Origin: Myxococcota bacterium
GTDB taxonomy: Bacteria > Myxococcota_A > UBA796 > CAJQPC01
DNA: 64,000 nucleotides
Direction: 5' to 3'
NCBI GenBank assembly: GCA_036229005.1
Contig: JAZAMN010000008.1
Span: 1-64,000 of the forward strand
The position numbers were made by a program, and so were the translations under genes. Below the pieces are notes generated by a model. It was not told the origin of the DNA. It searched no databases and worked only from the letters and a program-made list of their open reading frames with translations. Shown here piece by piece: positions 26,720-40,393 of the stretch (positions are counted from its first letter, which is position 1; every line of letters starts with the position of its first letter).

Positions 26720-28027
26720 TCAGCTCCGGGGGCCCGCGGGGGCCGCGTCCTGAGGGGTGAAGCGATTCAGGACCACCGCTCCCGTAGCATCTCCAGCCAC
26801 GTTGACGGTGGTGCGGACCATGTCCAGGAGGCGGTCCACGGCCAGGATAAGGCCGATGCCCTCGATGGGAAGCCCGACGGCCCCCAACACCAGGGTCATG
26901 GTGATCAGGCCCGCCCCCGGAATGCCCGCTGCCCCCACCGCCGCGGTCGTCGCCGTGATGAACACCACGACCTGCTCGCCGAAGCTCAGCTCGATGCCCA
27001 TGACCTGCGCGATGAACAGCACCGCCACGGACTCGTAGAGCGCGGTCCCGTCCATGTTCACGGTGGCGCCCAGAGGCAGGACGAAGCCCGCGACCTTGGG
27101 CTGCACCCCCAGCTCATCCTCGACGGCCTCCATCGTCACGGGCAGGGTCGCCGCCGAGGACGCCGTGGAGAAGGCCACCGACAGCGGACGCCGCAGCCCC
27201 CAGAGCAGCCGCCACGGAGGCACCCCGCCCAGCACCCAGCCCACCAGCGGCAGCACCACCAGCCCGTGCAGGCCCAGGCCCAACAGCACCGCGATGACGT
27301 AGTCCTTGAGCGCCCAGACCGCGTCGAAGCCCTGCTTGGCGACCACCTCGGAGAGCAGCGCGAACACGCCGATGGGCGCCAGCCACATCACCCAGTCCGT
27401 CAGGCGCATCATGGCCTCGTTGAGCGAGGTGAAGAAGCGCGCCAGGGGCTTGCCGGCCTCCCCCAGGGTCGAGGTCACCGCCCCCAGCAGCAGCCCGAAG
27501 GACAGCACCGCCAGCACGTCCCCCTGCGCGAGCGACTGGAAGGGGTTCTTGAAGGTGTTCTTGAGCATGTCCAGGAAGAAGGCGCCGAATGAGTGCGCCA
27601 CCAGGTCCTCGGGCGGCTCCCCCAGCTCCAACGAGACGCCCTCTCCAGGGGCCAGGACGTTGACCAGCACGAGCCCCAGTGCCACCGCCAGCCCGGTCGT
27701 GAAGAAGAAGTAGGCCAGCCCCTTTCCGGCCAGCCCACCCACCTTCCGGATGTCGCCCAGGCCCACCACGCCGACCACCATGCTGGCGAGCACCAGCGGG
27801 TAGATGATCACCAGCAGGAGCTGCTTGAAGAGCACGCCCAGCCACGAGAACCAGGGCAGCAGGCCCATCACCGCCTCGGAGCGCTGCGCGGCCGCCCCGT
27901 AGACCAGCGCCAGGAGCATGCCGGCAAAGATCAGCCCCGTCAGCAGCAGATCCTTGCGCCGCTCGGGGGACAGCTTGGGCGCAGACTCAGGGCTCTGGGG
28001 AGGCATTGGCTCGGACATGGGCGACAT
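26720..28027 (-). CDS. Dicarboxylate/amino acid:cation symporter (GltP family)
   Basis: AFSTASSAATLP, LPLGATVNMDGTALY and DRLLDMVRTTVNVAGD motifs. Confidence 0.93.
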   Translation of the reverse strand: MSPMSEPMPPQSPESAPKLSPERRKDLLLTGLIFAGMLLALVYGAAAQRSEAVMGLLPWFSWLGVLFKQLLLVIIYPLVLASMVVGVVGLGDIRKVGGLAGKGLAYFFFTTGLAVALGLVLVNVLAPGEGVSLELGEPPEDLVAHSFGAFFLDMLKNTFKNPFQSLAQGDVLAVLSFGLLLGAVTSTLGEAGKPLARFFTSLNEAMMRLTDWVMWLAPIGVFALLSEVVAKQGFDAVWALKDYVIAVLLGLGLHGLVVLPLVGWVLGGVPPWRLLWGLRRPLSVAFSTASSAATLPVTMEAVEDELGVQPKVAGFVLPLGATVNMDGTALYESVAVLFIAQVMGIELSFGEQVVVFITATTAAVGAAGIPGAGLITMTLVLGAVGLPIEGIGLILAVDRLLDMVRTTVNVAGDATGAVVLNRFTPQDAAPAGPRS

Positions 28028-28063
28028 GATGCCACCCCCGCAACCCCCGGAGCAGGGCGCCCT

Positions 28064-29404
28064 CTACTTGCCGATGCAGAAGCGCGAGAACAGCGCGTCC
28101 AGCACGCGCTCCCGGGTGTCCTTTCCGCTCAGGTCATCCAGCCGCTCGAGCGCCCCGTACAGGGCCTGCGCCGACACCGCCGGACCGGCCCCCTCCACCA
28201 GGTTCTCCGCCGCCTCCCTACAGGCCTCGGCCACCTCCAGCAGCAGATCCCGCTGCCGCTGACTGGCGATCACCAGCCCCGCGCTGCCCGGACTCTCCCC
28301 GACCAGGGCCGCCGCGATCGCCTCCCCCAGCGCCTCCACGCCCTGTCCGGTGTGCGCCGCCGTGGGGAGGAGGGGCTGACCCTCCCACTCCAAGACCGCC
28401 CCCACCCTGTCCGCATGGTTGCCCACCACCACCCGCTTGCGATCCCGGGTCTCGGCGAGGACAGGCTGGGCCAGCTCAGGCTGGTGCGCGGGCACCACCA
28501 CCACCAGCAGCTCCGCCTGGGCCGTCAGGGCGCGGGCCAGCGCGATGCCCTGCGCCTCGATCTCTCCGGCGTCCTCGCGCAAGCCCGCGGTGTCCAGCAG
28601 CGTGACCGCCACCGGCCCCAGCCGCACGCGGCGCTCGACCACGTCCCGGGTGGTCCCCGGGGTGGGGGAGACCAGCGCGCGGGTGCTGCCGCCCAAGGCG
28701 TTGAAGAGGCTGGACTTGCCGGCGTTCACCGGCCCCACCAGCGCCACCGTCGCGCCCTCCACCAGCACCCGGCCCGCCTGGTAGCTGTCCGCCGCGGCCT
28801 GGGCCTGGGCGCCCAGCTCCCCCAGCCGCTGCTCCAGCAGGCGGTCCTCCTGGAGGGTCAGGTCCTCGCCGGGGTAGTCCAGCCGCGCCTCGAGCTCGGC
28901 CAGGATCTCCACCAGAGCCTCGGCCAGCCCCTCCCCCAAGGCGGTGATCCGACCCGTGAGACCAGCCTGGGCCACCCTCAGACCCTCCACCGAGCTGGCC
29001 TCGATGGCCTGGAGCACAGCCTCGGCGCGGGTCAGGTCCATGCGCCCGTTCTCGAAGGCCCGGCGGGTGAACTCCCCGGGCTCGGCCATGCGCGCGCCTG
29101 CGCTGACCGCGGCGGCCAGCAGGCGCTCCACGATCAGCGGGTTGCCGTGACAGGACAGCTCCACGAGCGCCTCTCCCGTGTAGCTCCGCGGCCCGGGGAA
29201 GTGCGTGATCAGGCCCGTGTCGACGGGTCCCTGAGCGTCCTGGAAGTGGGCCAACCGGGCCCGGCGGGGCGGGGGCCACCCCCCCGGGATCCGGGAGAGG
29301 GCGGCCGCCACCTTGGGGGCATCAGGCCCCGAGAGGCGAACCAGGGCCACGCCGCCACGCCCCCACGGGGTGGCGCAGGCGACGATGCAGGCCCTGCGGC
29401 TCAT
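28064..29404 (-). CDS. mnmE: tRNA modification GTPase MnmE
   Basis: SYTGE, CHG, AEPGEFTRRAFENG, NAGKSSLFN, GTTRD, DTAG and C-terminal FSRFCIGK. Confidence 0.97.
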   Translation of the reverse strand: MSRRACIVACATPWGRGGVALVRLSGPDAPKVAAALSRIPGGWPPPRRARLAHFQDAQGPVDTGLITHFPGPRSYTGEALVELSCHGNPLIVERLLAAAVSAGARMAEPGEFTRRAFENGRMDLTRAEAVLQAIEASSVEGLRVAQAGLTGRITALGEGLAEALVEILAELEARLDYPGEDLTLQEDRLLEQRLGELGAQAQAAADSYQAGRVLVEGATVALVGPVNAGKSSLFNALGGSTRALVSPTPGTTRDVVERRVRLGPVAVTLLDTAGLREDAGEIEAQGIALARALTAQAELLVVVVPAHQPELAQPVLAETRDRKRVVVGNHADRVGAVLEWEGQPLLPTAAHTGQGVEALGEAIAAALVGESPGSAGLVIASQRQRDLLLEVAEACREAAENLVEGAGPAVSAQALYGALERLDDLSGKDTRERVLDALFSRFCIGK

Positions 29405-30213
29405 TCCTCGCCGCTGCTCTCACCACCGGTGGGGTAGAACTCCACCTGCTTGTAGCTGCCCTCGCCGATGGAGCGGCTCTCGACGCCCTCGGACTCGCGG
29501 GCGCAGAGGTGCAGGATGCGGCGGTCGTAGCCGTTGAGCTCCTTGCGCACCATCTCGGCCTTGCCGGTCTTCTTGACGCGCGCGATGATCTTCTGGGCCA
29601 TGCGGCGCAGCTTGTCGTTGTCGCGGTCGCTCTTGCCGCCCTTGCGGTCGCGGTCGCCGCGCTTGCGGTCACCACGGTCACCACGCTCGCCGCGGTCACG
29701 GCCGCCGCGCTCACCGCGCTCGCTCCGCTCACCGCGGTCCTCGCGCTCGCGCCGGTCGGCGATGTCCACCTTGAAGGTGAAGCCCTCGTGGTCGGGGCCC
29801 ACGCTCATGTTGAGCATGTGCTCGATGCCCTGGACGGTGCGGCCGCGACGGCCGACCAGGCGGCCTGCGTCGCTCACCTTGGACAGGGCGACCCGGCAGG
29901 TCTTGTCGGAGAGCTTGGTGGCGATCTCGGCCTCGATGTCCAGGTGGCCCAGCAGCGCCTCGATCCACTTGCGGGCGTCGGCCATGACCTCGACCTCGCT
30001 CATGTCGCGGGCCCAGGCGATGATCTGGAGGTCGTCCCGGGGGACCATGCCGCCGGTGTCGTTGCGGAAGTAGCTGACGTCGACCTCGTAGCGCAGGGCG
30101 CCCAGGGGGACCCCGAGCTGCTCAGCGGCGGCGGCCAGGGCGGTCTTGACGTCCTCGCCCTTGGTGGTGACGGTCTGGGTGCCCTCGGGGGCGGCTTCGG
30201 TGAACTGCGACAT
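29401..30213 (-). CDS. jag: Jag/KhpB (EloR) RNA-binding protein, KH + R3H
   Basis: GRLVGRRG KH motif, RRILH R3H motif, SRSIGEG; conserved position between yidC and mnmE. Confidence 0.88.
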   Translation of the reverse strand: MSQFTEAAPEGTQTVTTKGEDVKTALAAAAEQLGVPLGALRYEVDVSYFRNDTGGMVPRDDLQIIAWARDMSEVEVMADARKWIEALLGHLDIEAEIATKLSDKTCRVALSKVSDAGRLVGRRGRTVQGIEHMLNMSVGPDHEGFTFKVDIADRREREDRGERSERGERGGRDRGERGDRGDRKRGDRDRKGGKSDRDNDKLRRMAQKIIARVKKTGKAEMVRKELNGYDRRILHLCARESEGVESRSIGEGSYKQVEFYPTGGESSGEE

Positions 30214-30231
30214 CTGGAATCTCCGGGATCG

Positions 30232-31926
30232 CTACTTGGCTGCGGCGCTGACGGGACCGCCCTCAGGGGGCTTCGCCAGGCGGCGTCGGATCACCCACAT
30301 CTGCAGAAGAGACAGGGTGATGTTGGTGGTCGAGTAGATGGCCAGGCCCGCCGGGAACGTGAAGTAGAAGAACACGAACATCAGCGGCATCAGGCGCATC
30401 ATGCGCTGCTGGGCCGGGTCCATGGACGGGCTGGTGGGGGTCATGCGCTGCTGGAGCAGCATCATCGTGCCCACGATGGCGGGCAGGATGGCGAAGGGGT
30501 CGACCACGCTCAGGTCCTTCCAGATCAGGAAGTCGGCGTGGTACAGCTCCGCGGTGCGCAGGAGCACGGTGAACAGCGCGAACCAGATGGGCATCTGGAT
30601 CAGCATGGGCAGACAGCCCGACATGGGGTTCACGCCGTGCTTCTGGAAGAGCTTCATCTGCTCCTGGCCGGCGCGCTGCGGGTCGTTCTCGTACTTGGCC
30701 TTGAGCTCCTGGATCTCAGGCTGCAGGGCCTGCATCTTCTGGCTGGACTCGAAGCTCTTCTTGGTCAGGGGCAGGAAGGCCACCTTGATCGAGACGGTCA
30801 GCAGGACGATGGACCAGCCCCAGTTCCCCACCAGGGAGTGGATGAACATCAGGTACTTGAGCAGCAGGCCGGCGAAGAAGCCGAAGAAGCCCAGATCCAC
30901 GGCCTTGTCCAGGTCGTGGCCCAGGCCCTCCAGGATGTCGATGTTGCGCTGGCCAGCGTAGATCTCGAAGTTGAGCTCCTGCGCCTCGCCGGGCTGCAGG
31001 GTCGCGGTCTTGGAGACGAACACGCCGTGGGTGCCGGCCTCGGAGGCCTCGAAGCTCATCTCGCCCCAGTCGGGCTTGTCGGGCACGGCCACGGACAGGA
31101 AGTAGCGGTCACCGACACCGAACCAGCCGACCTCGCCCTCGAAGGACTCGGGGCCGTCCTCGTCCAGATCGCCCAGATCCTGGAGGGTCTCCAGGTCGCC
31201 GTCCACGTAGGCGAAGGCCTGACGCAGGCTCTCGTAGCGGCTCATCATGCCGCCAGGCTCGGAGAGCGCGTCGAAGCTGCCGACCCAGAGCTCGGCGGCG
31301 ACGGGGGTGCTGCCGGTGTTCTCCCAGCGGACCTGCACGTTCAGGACGTTGGGGTCCTCGCTGGTGGACCAGGTCTTGGAGAGCTGGAGGCCTTCAGGGG
31401 TCGTGCGGTGGGCCACCCAGGGGCCTGCACCATCCAGCAGATACTCCCCCTCAGCACGCTGAGCGCCGGTGCCTGCGGCGAGGACAACCGCAGCCTCCGA
31501 GGTGATCTTCTCGGTGCCGGGGTCGCCGCCGTAGGGGTTGTCGAACCACTCGCCCAGGTCGCGCTCACCCTGGATCGCCTCCCAGACCGCCAGCCAGATG
31601 GGGGTGACCACCAGGGGGCCGGGCACGTTGGGGAGCTCCAGCACGCGGGCGGAGCCGCCGTGGGAGTCCAGCTCGGTGGCGATCTCGGCGGTGGCCATGG
31701 GCAGCGTACGCTGGGGCACTGCCTCCACGGACACCGGCGCAGGGGTCAGCCCAGGCTGGGGAGCGACGCTGCCCGCCTCGACGGTGGGGGTCTGCTCAGG
31801 GGGCTCGGCGGGGGGAGGGGGCGTCGGCGCAAAGAAGCTCTGCCACAGCAGGATGATGCCGAAAACGACGGCCATCCCGATCAGCATGCGCTGGTTGTCG
31901 CCGGCGTCCTTCTTGCGGATGGCCAT
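30232..31926 (-). CDS. yidC: Membrane protein insertase YidC
   Basis: GNWGWSIVLLT, MQALQPEI, GVNPMSGCLPMLIQMPIW and FPAGL motifs. Confidence 0.97.
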   Translation of the reverse strand: MAIRKKDAGDNQRMLIGMAVVFGIILLWQSFFAPTPPPPAEPPEQTPTVEAGSVAPQPGLTPAPVSVEAVPQRTLPMATAEIATELDSHGGSARVLELPNVPGPLVVTPIWLAVWEAIQGERDLGEWFDNPYGGDPGTEKITSEAAVVLAAGTGAQRAEGEYLLDGAGPWVAHRTTPEGLQLSKTWSTSEDPNVLNVQVRWENTGSTPVAAELWVGSFDALSEPGGMMSRYESLRQAFAYVDGDLETLQDLGDLDEDGPESFEGEVGWFGVGDRYFLSVAVPDKPDWGEMSFEASEAGTHGVFVSKTATLQPGEAQELNFEIYAGQRNIDILEGLGHDLDKAVDLGFFGFFAGLLLKYLMFIHSLVGNWGWSIVLLTVSIKVAFLPLTKKSFESSQKMQALQPEIQELKAKYENDPQRAGQEQMKLFQKHGVNPMSGCLPMLIQMPIWFALFTVLLRTAELYHADFLIWKDLSVVDPFAILPAIVGTMMLLQQRMTPTSPSMDPAQQRMMRLMPLMFVFFYFTFPAGLAIYSTTNITLSLLQMWVIRRRLAKPPEGGPVSAAAK

Positions 31927-31927
31927 C

Positions 31928-32164
31928 TCAGTCCTCTTGGGCCGGGGGCACCGGATCGATCCCGCCGGGGTGAAAGGGGTGGCAGCTCAAGATGCGCTTG
32001 ATCGAGAGCCAGCTCCCTTTGAAGGGTCCGTGCACCCCGAGGGCCTCCAGGGCGTAGGCCGAGCAGGTGGGGTGAAAGCGGCAGGTGGGCGGTTTCAGGG
32101 GCGAGATCCAGCGACGGTAGAAGCGGATGGGGGCCTGCAGTACGGTGACGAGCACGGAACTCAT
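31928..32164 (-). CDS. yidD: Membrane protein insertion efficiency factor YidD
   Basis: [27 protein letters not shown]. Confidence 0.96.
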   Translation of the reverse strand: MSSVLVTVLQAPIRFYRRWISPLKPPTCRFHPTCSAYALEALGVHGPFKGSWLSIKRILSCHPFHPGGIDPVPPAQED

Positions 32165-32562
32165 GCACGTCTCCCGGACTTGCGGCCGGATCGCCCCTTA
32201 CGGGGGGAGCCTTGGCCCAGACGGCCGAAGGCGTGCTGCAGGTCCTCGCCCAGTGCCTGCAGACCCGCGTCTGCAGCCTTGGGGAAGGCGATCACCGCGA
32301 CATCCCAGCGGCCAGAGACCTGGTGCCGGTGATGTCGGATCCCTTCCCGCAGCCAACGCTTGACCCGGTTTCGAGCCACAGCGTTGCCCACTTTCTTGCT
32401 GACCACCAAGCCAAAGCGGCTCTCGCGGCTCCGGCTGGGCAGGTAGATCAACAACAAGTGGCGGGTGCGGACCTTGTGTCCGCGCCCCTGGACCCGGCGG
32501 AACTCCGCCGAGCGACGCAGGCGCAGATCCTTGGGGAAGCCCAGAGTCGCGGGCTGCCCCAC
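32161..32562 (-). CDS. rnpA: Ribonuclease P protein component
   Basis: [34 protein letters not shown]; start estimated at GTG 32562. Confidence 0.93.
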   Translation of the reverse strand: MGQPATLGFPKDLRLRRSAEFRRVQGRGHKVRTRHLLLIYLPSRSRESRFGLVVSKKVGNAVARNRVKRWLREGIRHHRHQVSGRWDVAVIAFPKAADAGLQALGEDLQHAFGRLGQGSPRKGRSGRKSGRRA

Positions 32563-32567
32563 GTCGA

Positions 32568-32723
32568 TCAGCGGTGCTTGGCGCCGACGTTGACGGCCAG
32601 GCGCTTGCGGCCCTTGGCCCGACGGCGCTTGAGGACCTTGCGACCACCGGCGGTGGCCATACGGGCACGGAAGCCGTGGGAGCGCTTCCGCTTGATGTTG
32701 CTGGGCTGGTAGGTGCGCTTCAT
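32568..32723 (-). CDS. rpmH: 50S ribosomal protein L34
   Basis: [22 protein letters not shown]...GRKRL. Confidence 0.98.
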   Translation of the reverse strand: MKRTYQPSNIKRKRSHGFRARMATAGGRKVLKRRRAKGRKRLAVNVGAKHR

Positions 32724-33018
32724 GTTTCCTGCTCCGGGCCGTGCGGCCATCTGGAGAAAAAGTGGGGTCGACTGCTGCGAACAAGGCGCAGGTCAGCCAG
32801 ACAAGCCCGGCCCACTAATCCACCGGGCACCTCCGGGCAAGTCCTGGGGCTCAAGGGATCGCGGATCCCACCTGGGGTCGCAAGTCCACGGAAGATCAGG
32901 CCCTTTCATCGGCGCTGCAAGGCGCTTGTCCACAGGCTGTCCAGCCTGATAGCGTGCCCCTCCGCTGCGGGGACGGCCCCCCGCGACCGCCCCAGCGCCC
33001 CCCGACCACAGGAGACTC
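32724..33018. promoter_or_regulatory. rpmH-dnaA divergent promoter region with DnaA boxes
   Basis: TTGTCCACA at 32926-32934 plus weaker TCCAC boxes (32816, 32882); RBS AGGAGA before dnaA. Confidence 0.7.
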
Positions 33019-34392
33019 GTGTCCATCCAGGATCTCTGGCAAGACGTCCAGCCCCAGATCGAACAGCGCATCGGCGCCCAGAACCATGAGATCTGGGTGA
33101 AGCCCATCCGAGTCCTGGGCATGGACGGGGACCTTCTGGAGCTGGAGGTCCCCAACCGCTACTACTCCGACTGGGTCCGGGACAACTACGAGCAGATCTT
33201 CGTCGAGGAGCTCGCCCGCGCCTTCGGCATCCCTCTGCGCCTGCGCTTCACCGTCGAGGCAGACGCCCGCCGAGCCGCCCCCGCCCCCAGCCCGAGCGCA
33301 GCAGGGGAGCCGCCTCCACCGGCCGCCCCCCCTCCGGACAGCCCCCCCATCCGCAACCCGGTGCGCAGCCGGGTCCCCCGGAACAAGACCTTCGACAACT
33401 ACGTGGTGGGCGCCTGCAACAAGTTCGCCCACGCGGCCGCCCTGGCCGTCGCGGACTTCCCCGGCCAGAACTACAACCCCCTGTTCGTGTTCGGCGGCAC
33501 CGGCCTGGGCAAGACCCACCTGGTGCAGGCCATCGGCAACCGGATCCAGGACGCACGCAGCGATGCCGGGGTGATCTACACCACGGCCGAAGACTTCGTG
33601 AACGACATGATCCGCGCCCTGCGCTTCAAGAAGATGGACAGCTTCCGCCAGCGCTACCGCGACTCGGCGGACGTGCTGCTGATCGACGACATCCAGTTCC
33701 TCTCCGGCAAGGTGCGCTCGCAGGAGGAGTTCTTCCACACCTTCGAGGCCCTCAAGCTCTCCGGGAAGCAGGTCGTGCTGACCTCCGATGTCCTCCCCCG
33801 GGAGATCGAGGGCCTGGAGCCCCGACTGCGCACCCGCTTTGAAGGTGGGCTGCTGGCGGACGTACAGGCCCCCGACCTCGAGACCATGGTGGCCATCCTC
33901 CAGGCCAAGGCGGAGACCCTGCGCCTGCCCATCGGCGAGGAGTGCGCGCTCTGGATCGCCTCCCACGTCAACGGCAACATCCGCGAGCTGGAGGGCGCCA
34001 TCAACCGCCTGGCGGCCCTGGGCAGCTTCTACGGGGACGCCATCACCGTGGAGTTCGCCCGCGAGCACCTGGGCAGCATGCTGGTGCGCCAGCAGGAGGC
34101 CATCACGCCCGAGCGGGTGATGCAGGTGGTCGCCCGCTACTTCAACATCCGCGTCGGCGAGCTCAAGGGCCAGCGCAAGCTCAAGGGCATCGTGCTGCCG
34201 CGTCAGATCGCGATGTTCATCGCCCGCGAGCACACCGACCTGTCCTTCCCGGACCTGGGCCGCGCCTTCGGTGGCCGCGACCACAGCACCGTCCAGCACG
34301 CCTGCAAGAAGATCAAGCGGCTGGAGAAGACCGACCCCGACCTCCAATCCCACCTCCGCACCCTCGAGCGGAACCTGGGTGTGAGCCGATGA
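33019..34392 (+). CDS. dnaA: Chromosomal replication initiator DnaA
   Basis: YNPLFVFGGTGLGKTHL, LLIDDIQFL, QEEFFHTF, NIRELEGA and GGRDHSTV motifs. Confidence 0.99.
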   Translation: MSIQDLWQDVQPQIEQRIGAQNHEIWVKPIRVLGMDGDLLELEVPNRYYSDWVRDNYEQIFVEELARAFGIPLRLRFTVEADARRAAPAPSPSAAGEPPPPAAPPPDSPPIRNPVRSRVPRNKTFDNYVVGACNKFAHAAALAVADFPGQNYNPLFVFGGTGLGKTHLVQAIGNRIQDARSDAGVIYTTAEDFVNDMIRALRFKKMDSFRQRYRDSADVLLIDDIQFLSGKVRSQEEFFHTFEALKLSGKQVVLTSDVLPREIEGLEPRLRTRFEGGLLADVQAPDLETMVAILQAKAETLRLPIGEECALWIASHVNGNIRELEGAINRLAALGSFYGDAITVEFAREHLGSMLVRQQEAITPERVMQVVARYFNIRVGELKGQRKLKGIVLPRQIAMFIAREHTDLSFPDLGRAFGGRDHSTVQHACKKIKRLEKTDPDLQSHLRTLERNLGVSR

Positions 34393-34671
34393 GGCCGTTG
34401 GGGACAGCTTGGGGACAGACGGGGGCACAAGGCTGTGGCGTCGGGTATGGAGGAGCTGCGGAGTGCTCGCCCCGAGGGGTGAGGCCCCGGTTGCCCACTG
34501 AGAGTCCACAAGGATCCTCCTCGGATCCCTCCCCAGCTCGCCCCCAGAAAACTTCCTTTGATTTCAAGCGCTTGGGAACATTGTCCCCAGCATCCATACC
34601 CATTGATCGATCTACGACTTGATCGATCCTGATCTGATCATAAAAGCCACATAAGCGGAGCTGCCTGTCCC
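34393..34671. other. Probable oriC (dnaA-dnaN intergenic region)
   Basis: DnaA-box variants TGGGGACAG (34399, 34410), GAGTCCACA (34502), TTGTCCCCA (34581), then a relatively AT-rich, GATC-dense tract at 34600-34650. Confidence 0.75.
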
Positions 34672-35793
34672 ATGGAGCTGTACATCGACCGCGACGCCTT
34701 CTTGGGAGGGCTCTCCCGCGTGCAGGGCATCGTCGAGCGCCGGAACACCCCGAATCCCATCCTCTCGCACGTGCTCTTGCAGGCCTCCGAAGGTCGCCTG
34801 CGGCTCACCGCGACGGACACCGAGATGGCGTTCATCGGAGACTTCCCGGCAAACGTCACCACCCCTGGCGAGATCGCCGTGGACGCCTCCAGCGTCTTCC
34901 AGATCGCCAAGGTCCTGCCCGACGCCACCGCGCACCTGACCCTGGGCAGCCAGAACCGGGTGGAGCTGACCTCCGGCAGCGCCTGGTACAAGGTCAAGGG
35001 CCTCCCCGGTGAGGACTTCCCCCCGCTGCCCGACTTCGACGGCCGCAGCACCCTGCGTCTGCCCGCCGGCAAGCTGCGCTGGCTGATCGACCAGACCGGG
35101 TTCGTCGTCTGTCCGGACGACAACCGCTACGGCATCAACGGCGCCCACCTGGAGGTCGTCGAGGGCCCCGAGGGCACCCCCCTGCTGCGCATGGTCGCCA
35201 CCGATGGCCACCGGCTCTCCTACGCGCAGGTCCCCTTCGAGGGTGAGCTGGGCATGCCCGCCCGCATGCTCATCCCCCGCAAGGCCCTGGGTGAGATGAA
35301 GAAGCTCTGCCGCAGCGACGACCAGGTCCTGGAGCTCTCCTTCGGCGAGTCCAGCGCGCTGATCACCAGCGAGTCCGAGCGCTTCTACTTCCGCCTGATC
35401 GACGGTGAGTTCCCCGACTACCGCCAGGTGGTCCCCAGCGCCTCCCAGCGCCGGGCCGTCGTACAGCGCGAGCTCCTCAACGCCGCCCTCAAGCGCGTGG
35501 CCGTGCTCGCCCAGGACAAGTCCCGCCCGGTGAGCTTCGCCTTCGAGCCCACCGCCGTGACCATCTCCTCGTCCCACGTGGATCTGGGAGATGCGCGCGA
35601 GGTCGTGCCCCTGGAGATGGACGGAGATGCCCTGAACATCGGCTTCAACATCCGCTACTTCCAGGAGGTCATGGGCGCCCTCTCCGGCGAGCGCATCGTC
35701 CTCGAGCTGGGTGACGCCCTGTCCCCCGCGCTGGTCCGTGAGCCCGAGCAGGACGACGCGCTGCTGATCGTCATGCCCATGCGCCTGGACTGA
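34672..35793 (+). CDS. dnaN: DNA polymerase III beta clamp
   Basis: PILSHVLL, ATDTE, MVATDGHRLS, LIDGEFPDY and IVMPMRL motifs. Confidence 0.98.
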   Translation: MELYIDRDAFLGGLSRVQGIVERRNTPNPILSHVLLQASEGRLRLTATDTEMAFIGDFPANVTTPGEIAVDASSVFQIAKVLPDATAHLTLGSQNRVELTSGSAWYKVKGLPGEDFPPLPDFDGRSTLRLPAGKLRWLIDQTGFVVCPDDNRYGINGAHLEVVEGPEGTPLLRMVATDGHRLSYAQVPFEGELGMPARMLIPRKALGEMKKLCRSDDQVLELSFGESSALITSESERFYFRLIDGEFPDYRQVVPSASQRRAVVQRELLNAALKRVAVLAQDKSRPVSFAFEPTAVTISSSHVDLGDAREVVPLEMDGDALNIGFNIRYFQEVMGALSGERIVLELGDALSPALVREPEQDDALLIVMPMRLD

Positions 35794-35800
35794 CCCCCGG

Positions 35801-39393
<3,593 letters not shown>

Positions 39394-39430
39394 TCCCGCT
39401 CCCAGCCCGCTGGGGCGTTATAGCTGGCCT

Positions 39431-40393
39431 GTGACAACGCCTCCATTCGACATCGCAGACCTCGTCTACGGCGGGGTCGTGCTCGTGACCGGCAAGGGGG
39501 GTGTCGGCAAGACCTCGGTCTCCGCCGCCCTCGGCCGACTGGCTGCTGCCCAGGGCCGCCGGGTGTGCCTCGTCGAGGCCGACAGCCAACAGTCGGTGTT
39601 GGCGGGGATCTTTGGCCGGACGGTGGGCTACGAGCCCAAGCAGGTGGCCGAGAACCTCTACGCCTGCAACGTCACCTGGTACGAGGCGCTGCACGAGTGG
39701 GTCGAGCGCGTCGTGCCCTCCCGGCGCATCGTCGACGCCATCCTGGACAACCGCATGGTCCGCCTCTTCCTGGACGCCGTCCCTGGCAACCGGGAGGTCG
39801 TGACCCTGTCCAAGATCACCTGGCTGTCCGAAGAGTTCGATCTGGTCATCGTGGACCTGCCGGCCTCCGGGCACGCCACCGCGCTCATGCAGTCCCCCAA
39901 GCGCACCATGCGCCTGTTCGACGTGGGCCCGCTGCACCAGCGCTCAATGGAGTCCCAGCGCCTGCTGGAGGACCCCCGCACCCACCTGGTGCTGGTCGCC
40001 CTGCCCGAAGAGATGGTCATCAACGAGACCGTCGAGACCCACGCCATCCTGCGAAAGGACGTGCCCGGGCTGCGCGTGCCCCTGGTCATCCTGAACCGCT
40101 CCAGCTCCCCCAGCCTGGACGAAGGCGAGCGCGAGCTGCTCACCCGCCTCTCAGCGCTGGAGTCTTCCGGTGACGCCGCGGGGGACGCCGCCGAGCTGCT
40201 GCTGGCTGGTCGCTGGGAGATGCGCCTGGAGCAGGCCACCGCCGCCGCCATCGAGCGCATCCACGCCGAGATGGGCACCGCCTTGATCGAGGTCCCGCGG
40301 CTCTCCCAGGAGGAGGGATCCGGGAAGCTCGTGCAGCACCTCTCTGCCGCTCTGGCCCGGAGCTCCACCCGCGGCCTCCGGAGGCGCTCGTGA
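39431..40393 (+). CDS. ArsA/Get3-like SIMIBI ATPase, subunit 1
   Basis: TGKGGVGKTS, VDLPASGH, ALPEEMVINET. Confidence 0.85.
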   Translation: MTTPPFDIADLVYGGVVLVTGKGGVGKTSVSAALGRLAAAQGRRVCLVEADSQQSVLAGIFGRTVGYEPKQVAENLYACNVTWYEALHEWVERVVPSRRIVDAILDNRMVRLFLDAVPGNREVVTLSKITWLSEEFDLVIVDLPASGHATALMQSPKRTMRLFDVGPLHQRSMESQRLLEDPRTHLVLVALPEEMVINETVETHAILRKDVPGLRVPLVILNRSSSPSLDEGERELLTRLSALESSGDAAGDAAELLLAGRWEMRLEQATAAAIERIHAEMGTALIEVPRLSQEEGSGKLVQHLSAALARSSTRGLRRRS

